Assembly: GCA_965237955.1 (NCBI GenBank)
Contig: OZ250169.1
Coordinates: forward strand, 6,208,001 to 6,272,000
From: Candidatus Marinacidobacterales bacterium
Lineage (GTDB): Bacteria; Acidobacteriota; Vicinamibacteria; Marinacidobacterales; SMYC01
Length of the DNA stretch: 64,000 nucleotides
Direction: 5' to 3'
Under the pieces are notes generated by a model. That model had not been told where the DNA came from, did not search any database, and saw only the letters and a program-made list of their open reading frames with translations. Position 1 is the first letter of the stretch, and each line of letters begins with the position of its first letter. Position numbers and translations under genes: made by a program. Shown piece after piece: positions 1 through 10,577 of this stretch.

Positions 1-1687
1 AACGTATGGCCAGCGACGAGCCTTTACCCTGGCGGGTAGTACGGTCGCGGTAAGCTCGCTCTCTCTAGTTTCTGGCTCGCGTGTGAGCGGACTGACGACG
101 GTTTGCGTCACGCCCAACGTAGCGGCATCGCCGAGGTACGTCGTCGCGGGGAGGGGATATTCGGTGGTGAGCCCTGGATTCGATAGCGTTACTGCGAGTG
201 TCTCTTCCTCCAGAACCTCGCGCAGCAGATTCCGCGCCTCTACATCCTCAGCATTTGCGTCCAAAAGAGTCTCGAGAATTTCACGAGCCGAATTCTTGTC
301 CCCTCGGGCATAAGCCTCCCTAGCGCCGCTCAGCGCTTGTGCACGTTTCTCGACTCTTTCGAGATCCTGCCTCAGTTTCTGGACACCCGTATTTTCGGGA
401 TCGATGGCAACCGCTGCTTCCAACTCTCTGCGGGCGCCGTCCAACTGGTTCTCTTGGATAGACGTGCGCGCTTGTCGCAGAATCTGGTTGAGTGAGTGCA
501 TCTTCTGGCGCGCGCGCTCGGCCGAAAGCTCCGCGCGCACGTTTTCGAGCTTTCTGGAATTCGGGGCCAGCTGGACGGCGCGCTCGACGAGCTTGTTGGC
601 CTGTGCAAAGTCACCTTGCGAAGCCGCCGAGCGGGCTTTCTCTGCGAGCGCGAGAGCGCGCTGCTCCAGAGCGTCTTTTTCGTTTCGCGATCTCCAGATC
701 GGCGAGAACTTGGTTTGCTTCGCTGTTTCCTTCGTCGAGGACGAGTACCCGGCGAGCGGCCGCTTCCGCCTGCCGATAGTTTTTGTTTGCCAGCACCGCA
801 CGCGCCAGTGCCAAGTACTTTCCGATGTCGCGCGCGACTTCCTCTTCGAGAGTGGAGATGGCGGCAACCACGAGCTTCTGATAGTGCTCGAGCACGCGAA
901 TCAACTCCTCTGTGCTTTGATATCGATCCTGCGGATCCTTCTCCAGGCACCTAAAAATAATCCTGCAAAGATCTGCTGGGACTTCTACGCCGAGACTCTC
1001 GAAGGACGGCGTCGGATCCTGCACAATCCTCCTCTGGAGCCGCAAAATCCGTTCGATGGTGAGGCCTTTGCGATCTTCATCTGTAACGAATGGTGAACGG
1101 CTCGAGACCATCTCGTAAAGAACGGCGCCCAGGGACCAGATGTCGGTGCGATGGTCGACCTTGCTTCCGTTGATCTGCTCGGGAGACATATACTGCGGCG
1201 TTCCGATCGAGACGCCCGTCTTCGTGATGGTCGAAGACGCAACGTGAGCGATCCCGAAATCCATGATCTTCACCAAGCCGTCATCGAGAACGCGTACGTT
1301 GCTCGGTTTGATGTCACGATGAACGACACCGCGACCGTGAGCGTAGCCGAGGCCGGCCGCAGCCTGGAGCGCAATGTCGACGCACTGGTCCACTGCCAAG
1401 TTCTTGCCACCACGTCCGCGAAGTAGCTCCGCGAGATCCGTGCCGCCCAAGTTCTCCATGACGATGTAGGGCACACCGTCGACTTCATCGAACTCGTAGA
1501 GGGTGACGATGTTCTTGTGGCTCAGGGCAGCGGTGGCCTCGGCCTCTCTACGGAACCGGCGGCGAAGCTCATCGTCCATGTCCTCGTTCTCTTTCATGAG
1601 CTTGATCGCCACCTCGGCCATCCCACCCGAACCCAGTTCACGGATGACTTGGTATTTGCCGATTCGTCTCATTGACGAGGCGCTCAC
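1..1687 (-). CDS. Ser/Thr protein kinase with C-terminal TPR-like helical repeats; frameshifted near 680 and 350, runs off window
   Basis: HRDIKPSN, DFG, GTPQYMSPEQ motifs in ORF 611..1687; TPR-like sequence continues in other frames (LEQRALALAEKARSAASQGDFAQANKLVERA...; ...EAYARGDKNSAREILE). Segment between Gly loop and VAIK is missing. Confidence 0.85.
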
Positions 1688-1843
1688 CGATCCCCCTGTA
1701 GACCGTTTCGTTAGTAAAGAGTAGCATGGTAGACCTACGAGCCGTCAAGATGGTTGAAGTGACGGGAACTCTCCGAAACAGCGAGCGGATCGACGGAGAA
1801 TCTTACCGGCCAGCGCCGGGGCAGGCCGGTTTCCAAGCTGGGG

Positions 1844-2600
1844 TTACTGGTTTGAGGGCTTGGCTTTGCCGGCCGAGAGCTTCGCCGAGGGACCCCCGTC
1901 CGGCGAGTGGGCCGGCGTCGTAGTCATGACCATGGATTCGATGCGACCGTCGCGAAGACGAACGACGCGCTTCGCGTGCGCCGCCACCGCGCGTTCGTGC
2001 GTGACGACGATCAGCGTATGCCCCTGGCGATGGAGCTGGTCGAACAACGCCAGAATTTCCTCGCCCGTTGCCGAGTCGAGATTGCCCGTGGGCTCGTCGG
2101 CCAGAACGATTGAGGGTTCGTTGACGAGCGCGCGGGCGATCGCAACTCGCTGGCGCTGCCCGCCCGACAGCTCGTTGGGCCGGTGTTCGAGTCGATCCCC
2201 GAGATCCACTCTCTCGAGCGCCTGCCTGGCTCGCTCGCGACGGTCTCGGGCGGGCACTCCCCCATAGACGAGTGGGAGCTCGACATTGCGTAGGGCCTGG
2301 GCGCGGGGCAGTAGCTGGAAAGTCTGAAAGACGAAGCCGATCTCGCGATTGCGAACCGTGGCGAGTTCGTCGTCTTCCATGGTGCTCACTTCCCGGCCGT
2401 TCAGTAGATACGAGCCTTTCGTCGGGGTGTCCAGACAACCGATTAGATTCATCAGTGTGGATTTTACAGAGCCCGAAGGCCCCATGATCGCCACGTATTC
2501 GCCACGCTCGATCGGTGATGTCAACCCCTGCGAGGGCAGGGATCGCCACAGATCCCATGAGGTAGCTCTTCCAAAGCCCATGCGCTTCGATCACGCTCAT
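1844..2600 (-). pseudogene. ABC transporter ATP-binding protein (LolD/MacB type), degenerate
   Basis: [14 protein letters not shown]-terminus (ATG 2600) joins ORF 1844..2581 by a frameshift near 2515; LSGGQRQR and ADEPTGNLD present; Walker A reads GPSGSVKS; no adjacent permease. Confidence 0.75.
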
Positions 2601-2980
2601 CAAAAGTCTACATGGGAGCAGCACCTTAACAGCTTTCGAATCCGATGGCAAAGTGCAAGACGGCGTCCACACGAAACGCCCTGCTTGGACAACAAATTGC
2701 GTTCCATTTTGCTGGAAGATTTCCTTTACAGCAGGGGCTCCTTTGCTCCACGGACATTACCCCGCTCAAAGCTCATATGAGCCCCTCCGACTCCCTCTCG
2801 CCTCCGTCCGATTTCCCGGGGGATGCCGGTTATACGGCGGGGCCGCTCCGCAGATCTCTCCCGTGGGGCGAGGAGGGCCTCTCCAGTTGCTCAGCGCATC
2901 CTTGCCACCGTGCCGTCGCTGCTACCCCGCCGGAGTGTCCCGCCGCTTCAGCTAGTCTGCGACGAGCCATGCTGCCTTCG

Positions 2981-3971
2981 GGAGATGCCCCTGAGATAGT
3001 TGAAAGTTAGGAGTGGCGGCTCCTAAGGGCCGCCGACAAAATAACTGTCTAGTTTTGAGCACACTCTTCCTGTTTCAGGTCGTGATCGCGATGTCGTCTG
3101 GCATCACGAGAGCCTGGCAAGCTCCCTAGAAACGGAACATTTGTAGATCTTCAGCAACCAGCGCGTGTTTGACAAACGGTCCTCATTTTAGGGAGGATTA
3201 CGCCTATCAAGGAGCACTTCTCCTATTATGAGACCTACGAGCTATCAGTCTGAAGATCTCGACCGCCTGTTGAGGAAGCACAAAATAGCTACCCTCGATG
3301 ATTTGAAGGCAGTGTTGGGTACCGATGTGGACTCGACCGTCTTCCGAAAGCTCAATGAGTTGGCGTATCGGACAAGCTACTCCCACCGTGGTAGCTACTA
3401 CACGTTGGACGAGATCGCCCAGTTCGATCGAAAAGGTCTTTGGTCGTTGCGCTCAGTGTGGTTCTCGAAGTACGGGACGTTGCTTGCGACGGTAAAAGCG
3501 TTGGTCGCGGCCTGTGAGGCAGGCTACTACGTCGACGAGCTCGAGGACGTGGTGCAGGTTGACGTCAAGGCTCCTCTGTTGAAACTGGTCCGAGAGAAAA
3601 GATTGGCGCGCGAGCAGGTGTTCGGCCGATATCTGTATCTGGCCACCGATGTGAGCACGCGCAAGCAACAGCTCTCGGCCCGCCAGGTACATGAGGCGTC
3701 ACCTTCCACGTTGGGCTGGGTCGGGGGAGTCCGCGTGCTCCCCGTGGAGTTGAAGGCTGCGATCGTTCTTTTCTACAGCCTGCTCGATGAAAAGCAGCGC
3801 CGTCTCTACGCGGGAGTCGAGGCCATGAAGCTCGGTCACGGTGGCGACCAACAGATTGCCGAACTGCTCGGGATGGATCCGAGCACGGTAGCCAGAGGTC
3901 GTAGGGAATTGCTAATGAGAGATGTTGAGCTCGACGGAGTTCGGCGAAAGGGTGATGGTGGGGGCACCTCC
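2981..3971 (+). mobile_element. 991-bp IS-like non-autonomous element with 11-bp imperfect TIRs and 9-bp target duplication
   Basis: GGAGATGCCCC (2981-2991) vs GGGGCACCTCC (3961-3971), 10/11 inverted match; CTGCCTTCG at 2972-2980 and 3972-3980. Confidence 0.85.
3228..3971 (+). pseudogene. Truncated transposase-associated ORF ending in an ISAzo13-like N-terminal HTH; no DDE domain
   Basis: LLDEKQRRLYAGVEAMKLGHGGDQQIAELLGMDPSTVARGRREL resembles ISAzo13 transposase N-termini; the ORF tail to 4094 reads into intron antisense sequence. Confidence 0.65.
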
Positions 3972-4203
3972 CTGCCTTCGCCTCCCATACAAGGGCTCGG
4001 CCTCCGGATTAACTTCTTTCGAGGCTACTTCTGCGTTCACTCACGTTACGGCCCGGTGACTCGCTCACCGTCCCGAAGATGGCTTTGTCGATAGGCTTCA
4101 GTTCATTCGGTTTCCCTCCTTCTGCTATCCAAGCTACCGGGGTCTAGCTTTTGCCCCGGTGGGACTGACTCCCACTGAACGCGCCAGCCTTTGCTGGACG
4201 CAC

Positions 4204-4350
4204 GGATGGGGGAAGTGTACAAGGCGAACGACACCGAATCGATCGAACGGTAGCGCTGAAGGTTTTGCCTTCGGAGCTCTCCGACAATAGCGAGCTCCGG
4301 TTCGAGCAGGAAGCGCGGGCGATCTCCAGATTGAACCACCCACACATCAT
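4204..4350 (+). pseudogene. Ser/Thr kinase N-lobe remnant (intron insertion site)
   Basis: With one frameshift translates to [47 protein letters not shown]. Confidence 0.8.
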
Positions 4351-4445
4351 ACCAAGCGGCGCTATGGGATCGCTCATGCAGAGCCCGAGCTCGCCACGAA
4401 TGGTAGTTGGGAAAACGCGCTCGAGCGTGCGCCAGCCAGCCTAAA

Positions 4446-5489
4446 CTAAAGATTCGGTGGGGCGGCTATGTTTAGGACGTCTTTGATCACGCACGCCGCC
4501 GTCGCGAGTGGGCCGCCTTTGCTGCTTCGTGCGCTTATCGTGCCCATGACGTCGGTCTCGAAGACGCAACCTTTCTCGCCCGCGCCGAGCTCGTAGAGGG
4601 GGTCGTCCGGCGTGAGGGCTTCGGGCGCGGTCTTCAGTCGAATCGTGCCATCGGCATCGCGCTCGCCGGTGGCGATGAGGCGGATGCGTTGTCTTCGTGA
4701 CCGCGCGTCGTCGAGCTCTTTCTTGCCGATCGCGGCGACGCCGGTCGTCTCGACGGCATCGAGAGCGAGCGTCCGGTCCCAAATCGCGCGCGCGAGGATA
4801 AGAAGTTTGTAGGCCGCGTCCCAGCCGTTCAAATCGAGACGCGGATCTTCTTCGATCGTGCCTTCGATGCGCGCGCGCTCTATGGAATCGTCGAGCGAGA
4901 TGCCGGCCTCCAAGTCACGCAGGATCTGATTGGTCGTATCGTTGAAGACGCCGCGGAAACGGCTGAGCTTCGTACCGCGCACACCGAGAGTGCCGAGCTC
5001 GAGACTCGGGAGCGGAATGCCGACAGCCGCCGAGGCGCCGAGACGAGCGCCATGCTCACGAGCTAGCTCGGATAGCTCTCCATACCGCGCAACGAGCGGT
5101 CCCTTGCTCGCGAACACAACCGAGAGGCCTCGCTCGAGCGCCGCTCGCGCTGCCGTGAAACCCGGCTCGCCGGTCTCTGCGTTGGTGATACTGCTATCGG
5201 CGAGGATTCCGCCGAGGGCTTCACTGAGCGCGGCCTTCAGCTCGATGCGCTGTCCGCCATCGAGCAAGCTGACACTTCCCTTTTGTCGCTTCGCGTCGAC
5301 GAGCGCCGACATTTCGTGGCCCGTTGCCACGACGCCACCTTTTCGGTCGAAGACGGAATGGAGCGTCAGGCGAACGCCTTCGCGCGCGTAGCCGTCGTTG
5401 TCGGCCAGCAGTTTCACGAGAGACTGGCCGACGTTTCCGAAACCGAGAAGGATGATGGGAACGTCTTTCAAGAGTGCCACCGGGCCCAT
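4446..5489 (-). CDS. hom: Homoserine dehydrogenase
   Basis: LLGFGNVG Rossmann motif, ASKGPL, GVFNDTTNQIL, EEDPRLDLNGWDAAYKLLILA. Confidence 0.85.
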   Translation of the reverse strand: MGPVALLKDVPIILLGFGNVGQSLVKLLADNDGYAREGVRLTLHSVFDRKGGVVATGHEMSALVDAKRQKGSVSLLDGGQRIELKAALSEALGGILADSSITNAETGEPGFTAARAALERGLSVVFASKGPLVARYGELSELAREHGARLGASAAVGIPLPSLELGTLGVRGTKLSRFRGVFNDTTNQILRDLEAGISLDDSIERARIEGTIEEDPRLDLNGWDAAYKLLILARAIWDRTLALDAVETTGVAAIGKKELDDARSRRQRIRLIATGERDADGTIRLKTAPEALTPDDPLYELGAGEKGCVFETDVMGTISARSSKGGPLATAACVIKDVLNIAAPPNL

Positions 5490-5621
5490 TCAAGTAGTGT
5501 TCCATCCACCTTAGGCTGTGGAGGTTGCGGTCGAATCGCGACGCGGCGTGTCGGTTTCCGTCCTCTCACGATGAGCCTCCTTTGGAACGAGCGTGATGCT
5601 ACCAGACTTTGGCGCCAACGT

Positions 5622-6476
5622 TTAACGAACCTCGAACGTCAAGGTACACCAAAAGCTCTCCCATCGAACTTCGGGATCGTCTTCGTCCCCGATCATGTGG
5701 ATTGCGCGCAGATACCACCGGCCGGTCGACAAGATGGTGACGCTCGCGTGTCCCACGTCGTCGGTCGTCGTCAAGATCTCGCCGGCCGCCCCGCCCTCTT
5801 TGCCGCCGGCGACGGTGGCGCCGGCTAGCGGCTTCCCCTCGTAGAGAACCCGCAGGCCGAAGCTTCCCCCCGCCGCTACTTCGTTTGGGTTCTCGTCGGG
5901 GACGATCTCGATCGTGTGCCCAACGGGCTTGGACCAAGCCGGCTCTTCTTCGTCCGCCTCCAGCTCGTCGACATCGATGAGCGCTTTCGCCCACTTTGCA
6001 TAGCGCTCGAGGGCCGGCTCCTCGGACTCGCCCAGCTCCTCGCGGGTCGCGAGGATGGACACGAGTCCGTTATCATCGAGGTAGTCGTTGAACTCTTCCG
6101 CCTTCAGGCGCACCCGACGAGGCCGCGTCGACAGCGCGACGATGTGACTCCCCGCGGTGGTTGGGCTGATCTCGAAGCTGAGCGACTTGCCTTCCACGCG
6201 GAACTCGGAGATAGGTCCGGTCCCCGCCGGTCCGTGGAGCGTGAGCGCTGTGACCCGCTGTTGACCCAGAAGCGACAGACTTTCGGGGAAGTGGTCGCCG
6301 CTATTGATGAAGACCCTCGTGGTCTCGAACGGCACGAGATGGTATTGCCCCGCCATGACCCACAGATCGTGGCCGGCGGCCGAGACCGGGGCGAACAACG
6401 TTAGAAAAACGAAACCCCGCGCCCATCGGACGGGCGCGGGACGGCTCGACATGGAGAAACTTATCCTATGCGGCAC
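5622..6476 (-). CDS. DUF4198 domain periplasmic protein
   Basis: Signal peptide then GHDLWV; ERYAKWAKAL; IEIVP..NP; TTDDVG; WESFWCTLTF. Confidence 0.8.
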   Translation of the reverse strand: MPHRISFSMSSRPAPVRWARGFVFLTLFAPVSAAGHDLWVMAGQYHLVPFETTRVFINSGDHFPESLSLLGQQRVTALTLHGPAGTGPISEFRVEGKSLSFEISPTTAGSHIVALSTRPRRVRLKAEEFNDYLDDNGLVSILATREELGESEEPALERYAKWAKALIDVDELEADEEEPAWSKPVGHTIEIVPDENPNEVAAGGSFGLRVLYEGKPLAGATVAGGKEGGAAGEILTTTDDVGHASVTILSTGRWYLRAIHMIGDEDDPEVRWESFWCTLTFEVR

Positions 6477-6523
6477 CCAACAACACTAGCTTTCTTGCCA
6501 TTCTGCTCTCCTTCGTAATTGTT

Positions 6524-7444
6524 CTATCGATCTCCACTCAACCCAGCCGGTCCAAGAGCTTTCTCGATCTCGGGAGCGAGGATCTCTTGTGACTGGAAGT
6601 TGACGAAGTGTTTCACGATCGTGCCCGACCCGTTGACCAAGAAAATCGTCGGGAAAATGTTGACGTTTCCGAGCGAGGCACGAACCTCGTCGGTGAGATG
6701 CAAGTTGACGTAGTTCGTTCCGACTTTTTCCGCATACTCGGCGCGGTAAGCGTCATCGTATTTGAGCTTCAGAATCGTGTCCGCGTTCAGACCGAGAACG
6801 GCGAACCCCTTGCTTTCGTATTTGTCCTGAAGTGCGATGAGCTCGGGAGCAATTTTCACGCACGGAGGGCAATTCGTGAACCACACGTAGACGAGAACCA
6901 CCTTGCCCGAATACTGCCCGAGACTGGTTTCCTCTCCGGCGAAGCTCGTGCCCGAGACGGCATGGATGCGTTTCCCTTCCCAACCCGTAAGCGTCCGCTC
7001 GACGGCTTGGTTGAAACGATCGTCCGCTTTAACTGCCTCTTTGTTGATACCGGTCAGCTCGCCTGTTTGCGGGTCGCGCTCAACGAAATTCTTCGGCATG
7101 CGTGGATCGGCTTCCATGACCGAAAGAACGACCGAGGCTTCTTCGGGACCGTAAAACGCGAACTGGCCCGAGATCTCATCGAGTGTCGGCATGCGACCTT
7201 CGCGGCCTTCGAACTCCATGATGAAGAGCGGGATGCGGAAAAAGGCGTTGGTAAGTTTGTCGAGAGCCGCACGCTCCTCGGGCGACGTGAACACTTCGTT
7301 GTAGAACTGCGAGACGACGAGCCTCTCACCAGGCTTCGCGTTCTCTTTGATGTAATTGATGATGCGCCGCTCGGCGTCTTCCGTGTCTTGAGCGAACGCA
7401 CCCACACTCACCGAGAGCGCAAGTGCACATACAAAAAGCCGCAT
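6524..7444 (-). CDS. Exported TlpA-like thiol-disulfide reductase with N-terminal extension
   Basis: Signal peptide; GKVVLVYVWFTNCPPC; FPTIFLVN. Confidence 0.8.
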   Translation of the reverse strand: MRLFVCALALSVSVGAFAQDTEDAERRIINYIKENAKPGERLVVSQFYNEVFTSPEERAALDKLTNAFFRIPLFIMEFEGREGRMPTLDEISGQFAFYGPEEASVVLSVMEADPRMPKNFVERDPQTGELTGINKEAVKADDRFNQAVERTLTGWEGKRIHAVSGTSFAGEETSLGQYSGKVVLVYVWFTNCPPCVKIAPELIALQDKYESKGFAVLGLNADTILKLKYDDAYRAEYAEKVGTNYVNLHLTDEVRASLGNVNIFPTIFLVNGSGTIVKHFVNFQSQEILAPEIEKALGPAGLSGDR

Positions 7445-7620
7445 ACTAACTCCTTACTTTGATGGGACAATACTCCTATCGCGTCCGCCATCTTAGCCAC
7501 GGACCTCTCGCCAGGCAACTCGTCCCCCCTTTTTCATCCTGTTTGCCACCCGGATTCGAGATTGACCTCTAATGTGGACGGACAGACGCTGTAAACTGCT
7601 CAAACTAAATGAAGTAACCC

Positions 7621-7636
7621 CGGCACGCGTCTTGCT
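7621..7636 (+). promoter_or_regulatory. Sigma-54 (-24/-12) promoter of M48 peptidase gene
   Basis: CGGCAC-GCGTC-TTGCT, AT-rich tract upstream, GAGGAGG RBS and ATG 7664 downstream. Confidence 0.7.
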
Positions 7637-7663
7637 ATTCCAGGAGCTTGAGAGGAGGGCGTC

Positions 7664-8661
7664 ATGAAGAAACTGGCCTTCGCGTTTTTCTTCCTCACCG
7701 GGCTCACCGGGCAAGCGCTGGCGAAAGAGCGCCTGAAGCTCGACGGATACGCCGAGTGGCACCACGACGATGTCCTCATCGTCGAAGGTCAGCGTGTCCA
7801 CGCGACCGATCGGACCCTTTTCGTTGGCGATACTTTGGCTCGCGAGCTCGAATCAATCCCGCTCGGCTACGAAGTCAAAGTCGATGGCTACCGCAACGCC
7901 GACGGGTCCGTGCTGGCACGAAGGGTCGAAGCGAAACGAAACGGCTCGGCAATGTTCGAAGGCCAGCTCAGCTCGGCGTTCGAGGCGACCGAGAACGAAT
8001 GGCGTCGACGAGGCTATGTCTACGAAGAGAACGGACAGCGCCTCGGCGAGCTGTTCGAGGATGGGCCCGACGTCGAGCGTGTGCGACGCATCATGGATCG
8101 ATTGGTGCCGCCATCACGCCAAGCGAGCGAGTTTCGCTCCTACGTGATCAAAAACGACGCGTGGAACGCCATGGCAGCCCCGAACGGATCGGTATTCTTA
8201 TTCACCGGGCTGTTGCGCGACATGGACGACGACGAGGTGGCGGTCATCTTGGGTCACGAGCTCGTTCACACGACGCATGAGCACTCGCGCCGGCAGTACA
8301 AGCGCAATATGTGGACCCAATTGGGCCTCGCAGGGATTCTCGCCGCCAGCGAGAGCCGCGGTTCGAGCTGCGACAACCGCGGGACGTCTCTCGAGACTGG
8401 CCTCCAAACCGTGCCGTTCTCGGCGCCCTGGCGTTCCAGAATCGCTACAGCCGCCAGCATGAAGATCAAGCCGATCGCGTGGGCCTGCGCTACGCGTACG
8501 AGGCGGGGTACGACGTTTCGAAAGCGCCCGATCTGTGGCGTCGGTTCGCTCGCAAGTACGGCGGCCAGGCGGAGGCCCTGAACTTCTTCTTCGGGACGCA
8601 CTCGACGCCGGGCGCGCGCGCTCGAAATATAGAGCGAGAGCTCCGGCGTAACTATCGCTAA
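7664..8661 (+). CDS. M48 family metallopeptidase with N-terminal OB-fold (DUF5666-like) domain; frameshift near 8400
   Basis: NAMAAPNGSVFLFTGLL, GHELVH; second frame YSRQHEDQADRVG...FFFGTH. Confidence 0.85.
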
Positions 8662-8739
8662 AAGGGCGCTAAAGTTCTGCGATTCGCCCCGCGACACGTC
8701 GCAAATTGCTAGAATCCCCTCATTCCGGAGGTGTCACCC

Positions 8740-9384
8740 ATGCCGTTTCGTTTGGCCGCAATCATCATCGTGGTTCTACTTCAATTGTTCGCGGCCGCAA
8801 ATCTCGCCGAAGCTCAGCGCCAAAAGGGCAAAATCGGCGGTGGCGGAGGCTTCGCCTTCCTCACCGATCCCGATATCGACGTCGGCAGCACCGCGTCCTT
8901 CGGCGGCTTTTTCGGCCTGAGGTTCAACGACAATTTGAGTCTCGAGGGCGGACTCTATTTCGTGCGCTCCAATCGCGTCTTCAACGAATTCGACGTCCCC
9001 ATCGACAAGACCCCGGATACGCCGGCATTTCGCTTCGAGACGACTCGTTATCATGCGGATGGAGTACTGGTGGTCAACATCGGCCGGCGCCAACCGTTCC
9101 ATCCGTTCGTTCTCTTCGGCGGAGGGGTCGAGCGTCGCGACGATAAGCAGACCGACTTCACTTTCGAGCTCGACCCCGATACCGGCCTACCCCTACCCCT
9201 ATCCGCCGAGTTGGAGGTCGTCCTCAACGAGACGAAGTACCTGCCCACGGCGATTGTCGGAGGCGGCGCCGAGATCTATTTCATGTACAACCTCGCAGCC
9301 CGCGCCGAATTCCGATTGTGGATGCCGCAGGACTGGGACCAGCGCACTTTCATATTTTTCTTCGCCGCGACTTATTACTTCTAG
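8740..9384 (+). CDS. Outer-membrane beta-barrel protein
   Basis: Signal peptide, amphipathic strands, C-terminal YYF; GGAGG RBS before ATG 8740. Confidence 0.75.
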   Translation: MPFRLAAIIIVVLLQLFAAANLAEAQRQKGKIGGGGGFAFLTDPDIDVGSTASFGGFFGLRFNDNLSLEGGLYFVRSNRVFNEFDVPIDKTPDTPAFRFETTRYHADGVLVVNIGRRQPFHPFVLFGGGVERRDDKQTDFTFELDPDTGLPLPLSAELEVVLNETKYLPTAIVGGGAEIYFMYNLAARAEFRLWMPQDWDQRTFIFFFAATYYF

Positions 9385-10415
9385 CGTGCGAGCTTCTTTT
9401 TCAAAAAGCGCGCAATCCTGAGACCGTCCATCCAATTGAACGGAAACTTCGCCGTCGTATAGTGCCCGCAAGGGAGCTCGTAGACGTCATGGTCAATCTC
9501 GAGCTTCTGGAAATCCCGGAGCAGCTCGCGCGACAGGTCCGGCGGGAACGAGAGATCGTAACGGCCATAGATTAGAAGCGATGGGCAACGGCGACGGGCC
9601 AGGTGCTCGTAGTAGCTGAACGGGCTCAGCGGCAGCCACAGTGTGCGTAGCTCATCGAGCTCCACTCCCCGTTCCAGGCCCTGCCGCACTTGCCGCGTCG
9701 AGATGCCACGCCAAACCACATCGGCGAAATAGGGCGAGATGTGATTGAAGACAGCGGCTTCGAGACGTGGCTCGTGCGCGTTGACGGTGAATGCGATCGC
9801 CGAGCCGAGACTCGTACCGACGATGCCAAGCGGACCGTAGCCCGACGTTTCAAGCCATGTGACCGCGGCACGGGCGTCGAGAACGGCCTGCCGGCACGAT
9901 TGCAGCGTCCTTCCTACGTTCGGGCTCAGAGTGAAGTCTGCCCGTACCAATCCTTCGGGCATGCGCCGCTCGTGATACGGCAGCACGAGCTTGAGCGCGG
10001 TCACGCCGAAGCGGTTGAGGAGTCGGCACAGACCGTCCTGAGCTCCCTCTTTCGCATTCCAATGCGGCAGCACGACGACCGCGGGGCCTTCTGACGTGGC
10101 CGCCGCAGGGTAAAACTTCGCATGGACGCGATCATTCCGAGCGACGCCGGTTGGCGCCGGCGACGTGAACGTCAGGTCGTCGTCTTCGAGCAGAAAGTCC
10201 GAGACAGGAGGAAGCTCGAAATAGGCGTCACTTTCGGCGAGCGCGTGCCGCACGTGCTCGTGGAGCGTCTCGCGCGGATCGGCCCCATTCCCGGTGTTGG
10301 TCCACGCGCGAAAGCTCGGCAGAAACTCCGGGCCCCAGTCGAAAGGTAGAATGCGACGCTCGAAGTCGTCGGTGATCGCGAGCCTGCGCTCCCAGGCGTG
10401 GAAAAGACTCTGCAT
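9381..10415 (-). CDS. Alpha/beta hydrolase (ABHD18-like)
   Basis: GTSLG nucleophile elbow, YD and CGHYT catalytic positions; likely start MQSLFHAWERR. Confidence 0.8.
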   Translation of the reverse strand: MQSLFHAWERRLAITDDFERRILPFDWGPEFLPSFRAWTNTGNGADPRETLHEHVRHALAESDAYFELPPVSDFLLEDDDLTFTSPAPTGVARNDRVHAKFYPAAATSEGPAVVVLPHWNAKEGAQDGLCRLLNRFGVTALKLVLPYHERRMPEGLVRADFTLSPNVGRTLQSCRQAVLDARAAVTWLETSGYGPLGIVGTSLGSAIAFTVNAHEPRLEAAVFNHISPYFADVVWRGISTRQVRQGLERGVELDELRTLWLPLSPFSYYEHLARRRCPSLLIYGRYDLSFPPDLSRELLRDFQKLEIDHDVYELPCGHYTTAKFPFNWMDGLRIARFLKKKLAR

Positions 10416-10422
10416 CAAGTCT

Positions 10423-10558
10423 TCAGTCGTGGGGCTCGCTGTAGTCGCGTAGCATCTTTTTGAGCTCCAGTTGATGGAACTCCTCCTGGCCAATCATCGT
10501 GCGCGCAAACTCTTCCAGGCAAACCCGCCGATTTTTTCCCCGTGTCCAGCTCGCGCAT
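10423..10558 (-). pseudogene. Internally deleted bacterioferritin-like gene
   Basis: MRELDTGK start joined out of frame to LEEFARTMIGQEEFHQLELKKMLRD (ExxH helix typical of ferritin-like proteins). Confidence 0.55.
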
Positions 10559-10577
10559 AGATGGATTCTATGCCAAT

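Larger units (their letters stand above)
2705..4203 (-). mobile_element. Group II intron 5' fragment (domains I-III), lacking RT ORF and DV/DVI, interrupted by an IS-like element
   Basis: Minus strand starts GTGCG at 4203; GCCGAGCC-loop-GGCGAAGGC hairpin; DIII-like GTCGGAGGGGCTCATA...GGGTAATGTCCGTGGAGCAAAGGAGCCC near 2790-2732; sequence becomes contiguous once 2981-3980 is removed. 3' boundary approximate. Confidence 0.85.

Noticed and set aside
2705-4203. Active retroelement, retron or DGR
   Set aside because: No reverse transcriptase ORF, domain V, or TR/VR pair found in the window.
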